Below, piece after piece: positions 7,011 to 16,965 of a stretch of DNA of 64,000 bases. A model generated the notes under the pieces. The model searched no databases. It saw only the letters and a program-made list of their open reading frames with translations, and had not been told where the DNA came from. The DNA comes from Spirochaetia bacterium (GTDB taxonomy: Bacteria > Spirochaetota > Spirochaetia > SZUA-6 > Bin103). Numbering within the stretch: the stretch's first letter is position 1; each line of letters begins with the position of its first letter. Position numbers and translations under genes: made by a program. The stretch spans positions 1,664,001 to 1,728,000 of the forward strand of contig OZ241907.1 of assembly GCA_965203515.1 (NCBI GenBank), in the 5' to 3' direction.

Positions 7011-9806
7011 ATGGCTCTGGAACCCTGGTATCGGGTCGTTACGCTGCGCAAGGAAGTGCGGGAGGGGCGTTCGTTCAGCCCGGACGAGTTCGCCATCGCG
7101 CTGGAGCAGGTGGTCGCCGGCACGGCGCCGGAGGACTACCGCGATCCGGCGCAGTTCTTCGCCCGCACCTGCTTCACGCGCGCGTTGCGGGAGCACGCCG
7201 GGATGGTGCTGCGGCGGCTGGCCGGCCGGAGCGGGAATACCGCGCCGGTCCTCACCCTCATCACCCAGTTCGGCGGCGGCAAGACGCATACCCTCACCGC
7301 GCTGTACCACCTCGCCAACACCGGGCCGGCCGCCGCGGGGCTCTCCGGGGTGGCCGGGCTGCTGCGCGCGGCCGGGTTGGCGGAGGTTCCCGCGGCCCGC
7401 GCCGGCGTATTCGTGGGCAACGCCTGGGACCCCACGCCCGGGCGGGAGACGCCCTGGATCGATCTGGCGCGCCAGCTTGCCGGTGACCGGGGCGTAGCCG
7501 CGCTCGGCGCCGCGGCCCACACTGCGCCGCCGGGAACCGAGGCGCTGGCGCGCCTGTTCGCCGCCGCCCGGGCGCCGGTGCTGCTGCTGTTCGACGAGGT
7601 GCTCAACTTCGTCAACCGCCACCGCGGCCTGGCCGAGCCCTTCCACGCCTTCCTGCAGAACCTGACGGTGGCGGTCACCGGCACCGCCGGCGCGGCCGCG
7701 GTCGTGAGCCTGCCGCGCAGCCAGGTGGAAATGACCGATTGGGACCAGCAGTGGCAGGACCGGATCACCAAGGTGGTGCGGCGCGTCGCCCGCGACCTGA
7801 TCGCCAACGACGAGTCGGAGATCAGCGAGGTGGTGCGCCGGCGGCTGTTCGAGGACCTGGGCGGCGAGCGGGTCCGCAAGAAGGTCGCCAAGACCTATGC
7901 CGAATGGTGCTTCGAGCGGTCCGCGCGCCTGCCGCCCGAATGGCTGGCGGTCGACACCGCGGCGACCGAATCCCGGGCGCGGGAGTTTCTGCGGAGCCGG
8001 TTCGCAGCCTGCTATCCGTTCCATCCGGCGACGCTGTCGGTCTTTCAACGCAAGTGGCGGGCGCTCGCCCAGTTCCAGCAGACGCGCGGCGCGCTGGCGA
8101 TGCTGGCGCAGTGGGTCTCGTGGGCCGCGCGCGAGCAGTTTCGCAAGGCGCGCACCGAGCCGCTGATCACGCTGGGATCGGCGCCGCTGGAGGTCCCGGA
8201 GTTCCGCGCCGTGCTCCTGGGCCAACTGGGCGAGAACCGGCTCGACGCGGCGATCGACGCCGACCTGGCCGGGCCGCTGGCGCATGCGCGGGCGCTCGAC
8301 GCCGACTCCGCCGGGGCGCTGCGCGACATCCACCGCCGCGCCGGCGCCGCCATCCTGTTCGAGTCGTCCGGCGGGCAGGTCGACAAGGTGGCCCACCTGC
8401 CGGAGTTGCGCTTCGCGCTCGGCGAGCCCGACCTGGAAACGACCACCATCGACAACGCCGCCGGCGCCCTGGAAGGGGCCGGCTTCTTCCTGCGCAAGGT
8501 GGGCACCGACGGCTACCGCATCCACCATCAGGCGACCCTGAAGAAAGTGGTCAGCGACCGGCGCGCGTCGCTCGACGAGGAGACCGAGATCAGACCGGCG
8601 CTGCGCAAGCTGGTCGCCGACGAGTTCAAGATCGGCGCGGCGCTGCCGGTGGCGTTCTTTCCGCAGGAGAGCGCCGCGCTTGCGGATTCGCCGCGCCTGG
8701 CGCTGGTCGTGCTGGACCCCGACGAGGAGTGGACGGAGGGCGACGGCATCGTCGAGCGCACCGGCCGCTGGACCCGCGAACGGGGCGGCTCGCCGCGGCT
8801 GTACCCCGGCTCGCTGGTCTGGTGCGCGCGCAAGCCGGGCCGCGAGCTGCGCCGCGCGGTCGAGCTGTGGCTCGCCTGGCAGCGCGTGGCGCACGAGTTG
8901 GACGAGGGCGTCCTGGGCGCCGAGTATGACCGCGCGGAGCGCGCCGGAGTCCGCGCCCAGGTCGCCGAGGCGCGCGCTGCGGCCCGGGAGGAGGTGTGGG
9001 CCGGCTACCGCTTCGTGGCGCTGGCCGACGGCCGCCAGCGGCTCGGCCTCAAGGTGATCGATCTCGGCGCCGGCCACGCCAGCGCCGGCGATACGCTGTG
9101 CGCCCGGGTGATCAACGTGTTGCAGGCGGAGGCGCTGCTGAACGAGTCGGTGGGCGCCGGTTACCTCGACCGCAACTGGCCGCCGGCGCTGCGGGAGGCC
9201 GGGGCGTGGCCGCTCACCGGTCTGCGCCAGAGCTTCCTCAACGGCACCCTGACGCGGCTGCTCGATACGGACGCGGTCCTGCGCCGGCAGATCGTCGCGT
9301 TCGTGGCGAACGGCGCCTTCGGCCTCGCCTCCGGCCGCCGCGACGACGGCAGCTTCCAACGGCTCTGGTACGCGGAGCCGGTCGCCCGCGAGGAAGTGGC
9401 CTTCGAAGCCGACGTCTTCCTGCTCACCAAGGCCGCGGCCGAAGCGCTCCGCCCCGGCCCCGACCGGCCGCGCCCGCCGCAACCCGGGCCGGCCCCGAAA
9501 CCGGACCCCGAACCCCGGCCCGATCCGCAGCCCGCGCCGCCCGGACCGCCCCCCCGGCGCCCCGCCGGCGCGGCCGACACGACCCTGCGGCTGGCCGGCA
9601 CCGTGCCGCCCGAAGTCTGGAACCGGCTGGGAACCCGGCTGCTGCCGAAGCTCCGGTCCGGCAAGGACCTCAGCGTCGGAATCGAGCTGTCGGTAACCGT
9701 CGACGCGCAGTCCGCCCCGAACCTGGAAACCGAGATGCGGCAGGCGTTGCAAGACCTCGGCCTGACCGACCGGGTTCGGGTCGAGGACTCGAACCCGCAC
9801 GCGTAG
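7011..9806 (+). CDS. DUF499-family AAA ATPase
   Basis: PWYRVVTLRKEV..FAIALEQV..YRDPAQFF N-terminus, Walker A TQFGGGKTH, Walker B LLLFDE, YPFHP, FQQTRG; Pro-rich linker near the C-terminus. Confidence 0.9.
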   Translation: MALEPWYRVVTLRKEVREGRSFSPDEFAIALEQVVAGTAPEDYRDPAQFFARTCFTRALREHAGMVLRRLAGRSGNTAPVLTLITQFGGGKTHTLTALYHLANTGPAAAGLSGVAGLLRAAGLAEVPAARAGVFVGNAWDPTPGRETPWIDLARQLAGDRGVAALGAAAHTAPPGTEALARLFAAARAPVLLLFDEVLNFVNRHRGLAEPFHAFLQNLTVAVTGTAGAAAVVSLPRSQVEMTDWDQQWQDRITKVVRRVARDLIANDESEISEVVRRRLFEDLGGERVRKKVAKTYAEWCFERSARLPPEWLAVDTAATESRAREFLRSRFAACYPFHPATLSVFQRKWRALAQFQQTRGALAMLAQWVSWAAREQFRKARTEPLITLGSAPLEVPEFRAVLLGQLGENRLDAAIDADLAGPLAHARALDADSAGALRDIHRRAGAAILFESSGGQVDKVAHLPELRFALGEPDLETTTIDNAAGALEGAGFFLRKVGTDGYRIHHQATLKKVVSDRRASLDEETEIRPALRKLVADEFKIGAALPVAFFPQESAALADSPRLALVVLDPDEEWTEGDGIVERTGRWTRERGGSPRLYPGSLVWCARKPGRELRRAVELWLAWQRVAHELDEGVLGAEYDRAERAGVRAQVAEARAAAREEVWAGYRFVALADGRQRLGLKVIDLGAGHASAGDTLCARVINVLQAEALLNESVGAGYLDRNWPPALREAGAWPLTGLRQSFLNGTLTRLLDTDAVLRRQIVAFVANGAFGLASGRRDDGSFQRLWYAEPVAREEVAFEADVFLLTKAAAEALRPGPDRPRPPQPGPAPKPDPEPRPDPQPAPPGPPPRRPAGAADTTLRLAGTVPPEVWNRLGTRLLPKLRSGKDLSVGIELSVTVDAQSAPNLETEMRQALQDLGLTDRVRVEDSNPHA

Positions 9807-9817
9807 AGGCGCTAATT

Positions 9818-9981
9818 ATGGAAAGGGACAGCAAGGTATCTGTTCAATCGCCGTGCAGGGTTTCAAGTCCCTTGCAAAGGAGAGCCGCATCGAGATTCGC
9901 CCGCTCACGATCCTGGCGGGCGCCAACAGCTCCGGCAAGTCAGTCCGGGCGCGTGCGGCGCGCGGATTGGAGATCCGCTGA
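9818..9981 (+). pseudogene. Truncated ABC/AAA ATPase fragment
   Basis: Frame from 9841: SIAVQGFKSLAKESRIEIRPLTILAGANSSGKS, then stop at 9979; ATG at 9818 is out of frame. Confidence 0.7.
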
Positions 9982-10025
9982 AATTTCCGGAGGACCTTCC
10001 GCACGTCGGAGTCAGCTTGCACACG

Positions 10026-10916
10026 ATGCTTGAACCATACCCCATCATGGCAGTACGTTTGGAGTGGGCTCTCGACGACGAAGATATGGGGACCAAGCGC
10101 AAGTTCTGGTACGAATGGCCGTCACCGGATGAGAAGTGGCTGTTCAAGTATCCCCGACCGGATACCGGTGAGCACTGGGCCGAAAAGATAGCCGCTGAAA
10201 TCGCCCGGCTGCTCGACATTCCGCACGCACGGGTCGAGTTGGCGACCTGCCACGGGCAACGTGGATCGGCAACCAAATCGTTCAGACACGAGAAGCAGAA
10301 ATTGATCCACGGGAATCAGCTCCTAAGGGTCTTCGTCGCCGGCTACGACCCTGGAAGGTCCTTTCATCATTCGAGTCATACAATCGAGAATATCTGGTCA
10401 GTCATGGACGACATCTTTGCGGATACACGGAGCGCACAGCGGGCGAGAGTCCGCGTCGCGGAATACCTGGTCCTCGATGCCTTGATCGGCAATACCGATC
10501 GTCACCACGAAAACTGGGGCGTATTGGCGGAGATCATCGACAATCAATTGCGCGGTACCATAGCGCCATCGTTCGATCATGCCTCTTCGTTAGGCCGGGA
10601 GCTGCAGGACACGCACCGCGATCGACTACTGGCAGAGCACCGGGTCGACAACTACGTCGAAAAGGGACAAGGGGCGATCTTCCGATCGGCTGAAGAACAC
10701 CATGGGCCGAGCCCGCTGCAACTGGTAAGGTACGGCTTCAAGTCTCACCGCGAGTCGTTCCTCCCGGCATTGCGGAAGATCGAGAATCTGGATCGGAATG
10801 CGGTGCGTGAAACAGTACATCGCGTACCTGGCGAGTGGATGTCTTGTTCCGAAAGGAGATTCGCCATCGAGATGATGACCTATGGTCACGCACAATTACA
10901 GGAGCTATACCGATGA
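10026..10916 (+). CDS. HipA-like Ser/Thr kinase
   Basis: MGTKRKFW, WLFKYPR, EHWAEKIA, IGNTDRHHENWG, APSFDHASSLG. Confidence 0.85.
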   Translation: MLEPYPIMAVRLEWALDDEDMGTKRKFWYEWPSPDEKWLFKYPRPDTGEHWAEKIAAEIARLLDIPHARVELATCHGQRGSATKSFRHEKQKLIHGNQLLRVFVAGYDPGRSFHHSSHTIENIWSVMDDIFADTRSAQRARVRVAEYLVLDALIGNTDRHHENWGVLAEIIDNQLRGTIAPSFDHASSLGRELQDTHRDRLLAEHRVDNYVEKGQGAIFRSAEEHHGPSPLQLVRYGFKSHRESFLPALRKIENLDRNAVRETVHRVPGEWMSCSERRFAIEMMTYGHAQLQELYR

Positions 10917-11695
10917 GTGAACGGACGTTGTTTCTAGCGTGGCAGGACCACTCGAGCCGTCACTGGTTCCCGGTAGGTCGCCTGGATGCCGACGTCGGCA
11001 AGGCTTCCTATCGCTTTCGCTATATCGGCGGCGCGAAGCGTGCCAAGCAGGAGGTCGGATTTCCACCTTTGTGGGATTTTCCCGATCTGCATGGCGACTA
11101 CCTGTCGCAGGATCTGTTTCCGCTCTTTCAGAACCGGGTCATGAACCGTAAACGGCCCGATTTTGCGGACTACCTGCGCAGTCTGGATCTGTCGCAGGAA
11201 GCCGACTCCATCGAGATTCTATCGGCAAACGGAGGCCGCCGGGAAACGGACTCCTACGAGGTCTTTCCAAAGATCGAAACCGACGACGCCGGACGCTTCC
11301 GCTGTCGGTTCTTTCTGCATGGATCGCGGTACGTGGAAGCGGCAGCGCAGGAGCGTATCGGGTGTTTGCGCGATCATGAACCGCTCCACGTAACCGTGGA
11401 GCGAACAAATCCGGCGACCGGCTTGGCAGTACAGATCCGGACCATGGACGACCACAAGATCGGATGGTCACCGAACTATCTCGCGCGCGATCTTGCTAAC
11501 GCCATAGCTGAACGGCCGGACGACCACCGTGCGATGGTCGTCCGGCTCAATCGGCCGCCAGTGCCTATGAATAAGCGAGTGTTGATCGAAGTGCGGGGAA
11601 GGTTGGGAAACCACGAACCGATGAGCAGCAGCGATTTCATCCCACTGGTGACTGACGACGACGGCGCTGCGGCGAAGCCGGAGCCGGCTACTTGA
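10913..11695 (+). CDS. HipS-like N-terminal + HIRAN domain protein
   Basis: LFLAWQD..WFPVGRL..YRFRY, LFPLFQNRV; FFLHGSRY, ERTNP...AVQI, IGWSPNYLA; ATGA-coupled to the kinase. Confidence 0.75.
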   Translation: MSERTLFLAWQDHSSRHWFPVGRLDADVGKASYRFRYIGGAKRAKQEVGFPPLWDFPDLHGDYLSQDLFPLFQNRVMNRKRPDFADYLRSLDLSQEADSIEILSANGGRRETDSYEVFPKIETDDAGRFRCRFFLHGSRYVEAAAQERIGCLRDHEPLHVTVERTNPATGLAVQIRTMDDHKIGWSPNYLARDLANAIAERPDDHRAMVVRLNRPPVPMNKRVLIEVRGRLGNHEPMSSSDFIPLVTDDDGAAAKPEPAT

Positions 11696-12524
11696 AATAG
11701 TCCTCGCTCACGTAGCGCTTCTCGGCGTGGCGGCGCTGCGGGCCGATCAGGCGCAACAGGCGCTCGCTGGCGCCGGCCATCAACTCCGGCGGCATGGCGT
11801 GACGGATATAGGCGTTATAGCGCAGAAATCCCCACTCCGATCCATACTGCGACTGCAGCAGGTAGCGCACCCGGTCGGAGTCGTTGGGCGCGCCGCGGTG
11901 CCAGCACTGCGGATCGTGCAGGTAGATGTCCCCGGCCTTGCAGTAGATCGACTGCGGCCCATTCCCCTCGAATTCCGGCGTCCCTTCCCTCTGCGGCTTG
12001 CGGCCCGAGTAGTGGCTGCCCGGTACGTACTGCGTCGGGCCGTGCTCGATCCGCTCGATGTCGGACAGCGCCATCTGCACGGTGAGCCAGTACACCGGCA
12101 TCCGGATGCGCGGATCGTGGCGCGGCACGTCGTCGGGCAACGGAAAGAACAGGTCGTCGTCCACGTGCCAATGCTCGATCGCCACGCCGCGGCCGCTGCG
12201 CAGCACGTTCATCCCGCACTGCTGCATGCGGTTGCCGAACAGGGTCGCCATCAGGCTATGGATCGGCTCGCGCACCAGCAGGTCCAGGAAGATCGGATCG
12301 AGCTCGTTGACGTGGCGCAGGATGCGGTCGTCCTGCACGTAGCCGCCGGCGATCGTCGCCTCGTCGGCCATGTAGCGGTCGGTCGCCTCGCGAAGCGCCG
12401 CGACCTCCTCCTCGTCCAGGACGCCGCCGATCACGCAGAACCCGTCGCGCCGGAAGTCGGCCAGTATCCGCTCGGTCCGCTCCGCGTCGAACGGCCGTCC
12501 CGCTCTGATCGCCGAGCGGCTCAC
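11688..12524 (-). CDS. Phytanoyl-CoA dioxygenase (PhyH) family 2OG-Fe(II) oxygenase
   Basis: FRRDGF, WHVD, GPTQYVPGSH, KAGD, WHRGAPNDSDRVR. Confidence 0.88.
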   Translation of the reverse strand: MSRSAIRAGRPFDAERTERILADFRRDGFCVIGGVLDEEEVAALREATDRYMADEATIAGGYVQDDRILRHVNELDPIFLDLLVREPIHSLMATLFGNRMQQCGMNVLRSGRGVAIEHWHVDDDLFFPLPDDVPRHDPRIRMPVYWLTVQMALSDIERIEHGPTQYVPGSHYSGRKPQREGTPEFEGNGPQSIYCKAGDIYLHDPQCWHRGAPNDSDRVRYLLQSQYGSEWGFLRYNAYIRHAMPPELMAGASERLLRLIGPQRRHAEKRYVSEDYFK

Positions 12525-13309
12525 AGCGCCAGCACCTGATTGTCCATCGCTTCGATCCTCCTGGCCTCCTCATAGTGGTCGACGGTCACCGCGCCGCCGC
12601 CGGCGACCGGCGTCGGCCGCCGGATCACCATCTCCGCGAACGCCGGCCGGTTGAAGGCCGCGAACGCCAGCTCGAACACCGACACCAGCAGCCCCTGCTC
12701 GCGCTCGCGCGTGAAGTCCGGGAGCAGGATCGGACCGGTGTCGGTCTGGAACACGCCGTCGCGCGGATTGACGTTCATGGTCTTGACCGGATGGTCGATG
12801 CGCACGTGATAGCCGGCGTCCCGGTACTGCAGCCGCGCCACCAGCGGGCGCTGCGCGTACGTGGCGTCGATGATGCGCTCGGTGGAGTCCATGACCTCGC
12901 CGTCGGTCTCCCGGACCCGGAGCTCGAAGTCGCTGAACAGATCGGCGGTGAGCCCCACCTGACGTTCGGGCTGGCGCCCGAGCGATGGCGGTTCCAGCAT
13001 CACCTCGGTCTGATTGGTGATCCAGCTCTTCAGGATCATGATTTCCGATTCGCAGGCTACCGGACAGAAGTCGGCGTTGGGGTGCAACCACAGATCGCGG
13101 TCCGGCCCTACGATCTCGCTCTTGCAGGCCGCGCCCAGCACGTAGCGGTGCGTGGCGCCGTCGGCCGCGGTCAGCGTGCAGACGCTTTCCAGTTGGATGC
13201 GCGCGGCGTTGAACCGGTACGGAGCCGGGTGCGACCGGGTCCGGGGCCGCTTGCGGTCGTCGTCGCTGGTGAAGGTCAGGAAGCTGCGCTGGAAATCCGG
13301 TACCCGCAT
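12521..13309 (-). CDS. Hypothetical protein
   Basis: Typical codon usage from MRVPDF; GTGA overlap with PhyH gene. Confidence 0.65.
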   Translation of the reverse strand: MRVPDFQRSFLTFTSDDDRKRPRTRSHPAPYRFNAARIQLESVCTLTAADGATHRYVLGAACKSEIVGPDRDLWLHPNADFCPVACESEIMILKSWITNQTEVMLEPPSLGRQPERQVGLTADLFSDFELRVRETDGEVMDSTERIIDATYAQRPLVARLQYRDAGYHVRIDHPVKTMNVNPRDGVFQTDTGPILLPDFTREREQGLLVSVFELAFAAFNRPAFAEMVIRRPTPVAGGGAVTVDHYEEARRIEAMDNQVLAL

Positions 13310-13379
13310 CGACGCCGATGCTACGCCGCCGGCCCCCATCCGGCAACCGACCGTCCGAATGCTATAGTGCGCCTCCGTC

Positions 13380-14831
13380 ATGCGCGGCAGAGACCTGACC
13401 ATCGGCAACATCCGCACCCACACCTGGGCGCTGGCGTGGCCGGTCATGCTGTCGATCTTCTTTCAGACCCTGTACCAGGCGGTCGACGCCTTCTGGGTGA
13501 GCCGGCTCGCCGGCGAGGCGCTGGCCGCCGTGAACATGTCGCAGCTCGCCCTGTTCACGTCGGTGTCGCTGACGATCGGCATCACGGTCGGCTCGGGCGT
13601 CCTCATGGCCATGAGCATCGGCGCCCGCGCCATCGACGAAGCGGAGCGCATCCTGGGCCAGTCGTTCGTGCTCAACTTCATCGCCGCGGTGATCCTCACC
13701 ACGCTGGTCCTGGCGCTGCGCGCGCCGATCCTGCGCGCCGTGGGCGCCACCGACGGGATCTTTCCGCTTGCGAAGGACTACCTGACCATCACCGCATCGG
13801 CGATGGTGCTGATGTTCCTGTTCTTCGCCGCGGTGTTCGGGTTCAATTCGCAGGGCGACAACATCACCGTCACCATGCTGTTCGCGATCTCCACGGCGCT
13901 CAACATCGTGCTGGACCCGCTGCTGATCTTCGGATGGCTGGGCTTTCCGCGGCTCGGCGTACGCGGCGCGGCGATCGCGACCGTCATCTCGCAGGTCGTG
14001 CTGCTGGCGTCCGGCGTCACCCTGCTGGCCACGCGCGACATGATGGTGCGGTTCCGGTTCCGCCAGCTCGTGATCCGCTGGGACTCGACCGTCCGCGTCC
14101 TGGAGATCGGCTTCCCGGCGTCGCTCACCAGCATCATGGGCCCGCTGCTGATGGCCACGCTGACCGCCGTGGTGGCCCGATCCTTCGGCGACCACGGGGC
14201 GATCGCGGTATCGGTCGGCTTCCGCGCGGATGTCTTTTCGATGCTGCCGGCGATCGGCTTCGGCGTGGCGGGACTGGCGCTGATCGGTCAGAACATGGGG
14301 GCCGGGAATGAGGAGCGGGCGCACCGGTCGTATCGCACCGCGCTGTTCTTCGCGCTGTCGTTCGGCACCGCGCTCGGCCTCTTGGCGGTCACCTTTGCAG
14401 GCCCGATCGCGCGCACGTTCACCGACGATCCGGTAGTGATCGGCTACGCGCAGCGCTACCTGAGAACGATCCCGTTGTCCTACGGCGTGATGGGCGCCGG
14501 CATGGTGGTGATCATGAGCTTTCAGGGGCTGCGCCGTTCGTGGCGCGGGGCGGCGATCTCGGCGCTGCGCCTGGCGGTCCTTTCGGGGGCCGCGATCGTG
14601 CTGGCCGACGTGCTCGACGCACCGGTCGGCACCGTCTGGCTGTCGGTGATTCTGGCGAACGTGGTGTCGACCGCGGTAGGCTACCTTGTCCTGGAGCGAC
14701 AGTTCGCCCGCCCCGTGCAGCCGCCGCAACCACACGGACCGCCGCAACCGCCGGGCAGCGATCGGCACCCCGCCGGCGCGGCCGGCAGGTCGCCGGAGAC
14801 GGCCGCCCGGACCCCGGAGGGAACGCGATGA
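13380..14831 (+). CDS. MATE family efflux transporter
   Basis: LAWPVMLS..YQAVDAFWVSRL, NIVLDPLLIFG, LGVRGAAIATVISQ, GQNMGAG; about 12 hydrophobic segments. Confidence 0.92.
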   Translation: MRGRDLTIGNIRTHTWALAWPVMLSIFFQTLYQAVDAFWVSRLAGEALAAVNMSQLALFTSVSLTIGITVGSGVLMAMSIGARAIDEAERILGQSFVLNFIAAVILTTLVLALRAPILRAVGATDGIFPLAKDYLTITASAMVLMFLFFAAVFGFNSQGDNITVTMLFAISTALNIVLDPLLIFGWLGFPRLGVRGAAIATVISQVVLLASGVTLLATRDMMVRFRFRQLVIRWDSTVRVLEIGFPASLTSIMGPLLMATLTAVVARSFGDHGAIAVSVGFRADVFSMLPAIGFGVAGLALIGQNMGAGNEERAHRSYRTALFFALSFGTALGLLAVTFAGPIARTFTDDPVVIGYAQRYLRTIPLSYGVMGAGMVVIMSFQGLRRSWRGAAISALRLAVLSGAAIVLADVLDAPVGTVWLSVILANVVSTAVGYLVLERQFARPVQPPQPHGPPQPPGSDRHPAGAAGRSPETAARTPEGTR

Positions 14832-16036
14832 ACGATCGATACACCGTGCGCGCCGAGCGCTGCGACCACCGCGCGTCGCCGGAGCAGATCTACCGGACGC
14901 TGGAACGGATCACGGAGCCGCTGACCCGCTCATGGGAGCGGTTGGAGCGCGCGCGCCGCATCGTCATCAAGTTCAACATGATGCAGCCCCACACCGCCCG
15001 GCACGCCGGCCGGCGCCAGGAGCTGGTCGACGAGGAGGTGATGCGCGCCGTGCTGCGGCTGTTGCGCGCCCGCACCGGAGCGACCCTGATCGCCGCCGAC
15101 ACCTTCCTGCACGCGGCGGCCCGCACGATGCCGTCCAACGTCGAATCGGCCGCCGTGCTGCGCGAGTTCGGCGTCGAGCTGATCGACGCCGGGGCGCCTC
15201 CGTTGCGCCGGTATGACGTGCCCGGCGGCGGCAACATGTTCGATCGATACCTGCTCACCTCCTGCATCGGCGAATCGGACGAGTTCGTCTCGGTCGCCAA
15301 GATGAAGAACCACCTGTTCATGGGCGTCACGCTCTGCATGAAGAACCTGTTCGGGCTGCCGCCGCCGAATCGCCCGGAGGGGCGCGTCCGCCACTACTTC
15401 CACCACGCCATCCGGCTGTCGTACGTGCTGCCCGACCTGGCCATGATCGCCGACCCGTGCCTGAACGTGATCGACGGGCTGGTCGGCCAGCAGGGCAGCG
15501 AATGGCGCGGCCGGCCGGTCGTGCCGAACGCGCTGATCGCCGGCGACCAGACCACGGCCACCGACGCGTGCGCGGCCTACCTGATGGGCCACGACCCGGC
15601 CGGAGACTGGCCGGCGCCGCCGTTCCGCCGCGACCGCAACCACCTGCTGGTAGCCGCCGAGCGCGGCTACGGCACCGTCGACCTCGACCGGATCGACTTC
15701 CGCACCGATCTGCAGCCGCCGCTGGCGCAGTTCGACTCCGATCAGCAGGACCCGCCACCGGTCGTGGCCAGCATCCGCCGCACCGCGTGCGAGCAGGCGC
15801 TGTTCTATCGCGACGAACGCGAACGGCTGATCGAGCGCTATGCGGGCGAGATGGTGGTGCTGCGCGACCGCCAGGTGGTGTGGCACGGCGCCGAACAACC
15901 GTCGTTTCAGAGCCACGGCCACTTCGCGGGCGGCACCGATCCGGGCAGCGCCTCGTTCCTGAAGATGGTCGATCCCGAGGAACGGGAGGGCGAGGCGTTC
16001 GCCGTGTACGAGCGGCTGCTGCCTGGGCTGGCGTAG
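14828..16036 (+). CDS. DUF362 domain protein
   Basis: IVIKFN, SVAKMKNH, GVTLCMKNLFG, VIDGLVGQQG, ATDACAAYLMG. Confidence 0.82.
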   Translation: MNDRYTVRAERCDHRASPEQIYRTLERITEPLTRSWERLERARRIVIKFNMMQPHTARHAGRRQELVDEEVMRAVLRLLRARTGATLIAADTFLHAAARTMPSNVESAAVLREFGVELIDAGAPPLRRYDVPGGGNMFDRYLLTSCIGESDEFVSVAKMKNHLFMGVTLCMKNLFGLPPPNRPEGRVRHYFHHAIRLSYVLPDLAMIADPCLNVIDGLVGQQGSEWRGRPVVPNALIAGDQTTATDACAAYLMGHDPAGDWPAPPFRRDRNHLLVAAERGYGTVDLDRIDFRTDLQPPLAQFDSDQQDPPPVVASIRRTACEQALFYRDERERLIERYAGEMVVLRDRQVVWHGAEQPSFQSHGHFAGGTDPGSASFLKMVDPEEREGEAFAVYERLLPGLA

Positions 16037-16074
16037 CGCCGGCTGCGCCAGGCGAGCGTTCCGCATCGGCCGGA

Positions 16075-16905
16075 TCAGGCCTTCAGCGCACCCGCCGTAA
16101 GACCCGATACGAAGCGGCGCTGCATGAACAGATAGAACACCACTACCGGAAATACCGCCATGAACACGATGGCGAATACATCTTCCCACTTCTGCACGTA
16201 CTGGCCGATGGCGCGGTATACGCCGATCGTGATCGTGTAGTATTTCGACGTTCCCAGAATGATCAGCGGATTGACGAAGTCGTTCCAGGTCCACAGCGAG
16301 ACGAAGATGACGACGCTGGCGACCGCCGGGCCGACCAGCGGGTAGATGATGCGCGCGAAGATGAGGAGGTCACCGGCGCCGTCGAGGCGCGCCGACTCGT
16401 CGAGCTGGGAGGGGATGGTGCGCACGTAGCCGACGAACACGAACGCGGCGAACGGCAGGTACCACGCCAGGTTGGCAACGAGCAGCCCTTGGACCGTGAA
16501 CATCAGGTGCAGCCGGCGCAAGACCTGAATGAGCGGCAGCAGAATCACCTGCGCCGGCACCATGAGGCCCGCCAGCAGGAGCAGATATGCGTAGTTGAAC
16601 ACGCGGTGGCGCTTGCGGCTGATCACGTATGACATCGACGCGCCGAGCACGACCACGATCGTTACGGTGAGACTGCTGAGGACCAGGGACGTCCCGTAGG
16701 CGATCCCGACGTTGAAGTGCGGGGAATCGAGATTGCGAACGATGTTCTCCAACGTGAGGCGGGCGACCGGAATCCCCAGAGGATTGGCAAAGATGTCCGC
16801 GCGGGTCTTGAACGCATTCACGATCGCCAGGTAGAACGGCACCAGGAACAACCCGCCCATCAGCAGCAGGAACCCGGCGCGGCCGGGCAGTCCGCGTGAC
16901 TTCAT
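16075..16905 (-). CDS. Carbohydrate ABC transporter permease (MalG-like)
   Basis: EAA loop IPSQLDESARLDGA, WNDF, C-terminal GLTAGALKA. Confidence 0.92.
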   Translation of the reverse strand: MKSRGLPGRAGFLLLMGGLFLVPFYLAIVNAFKTRADIFANPLGIPVARLTLENIVRNLDSPHFNVGIAYGTSLVLSSLTVTIVVVLGASMSYVISRKRHRVFNYAYLLLLAGLMVPAQVILLPLIQVLRRLHLMFTVQGLLVANLAWYLPFAAFVFVGYVRTIPSQLDESARLDGAGDLLIFARIIYPLVGPAVASVVIFVSLWTWNDFVNPLIILGTSKYYTITIGVYRAIGQYVQKWEDVFAIVFMAVFPVVVFYLFMQRRFVSGLTAGALKA

Positions 16906-16917
16906 ACCGCCAGCCGC

Positions 16918-16965
16918 TGTAGCGCGACAATCAGGATGAGAACCGAGCGACAATCAAGATGAGAA
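16918..16965 (+). repeat. IS21 terminal inverted repeat (istB end)
   Basis: TGTAGCGCGACAATCAGGATGAGAACCGAGCGACAATCAAGATGAGAA. Confidence 0.9.

Noticed and set aside
1..11695. Defence island as a prophage or integrative element
   Set aside because: No integrase, phage structural genes, tRNA or att repeats within the window
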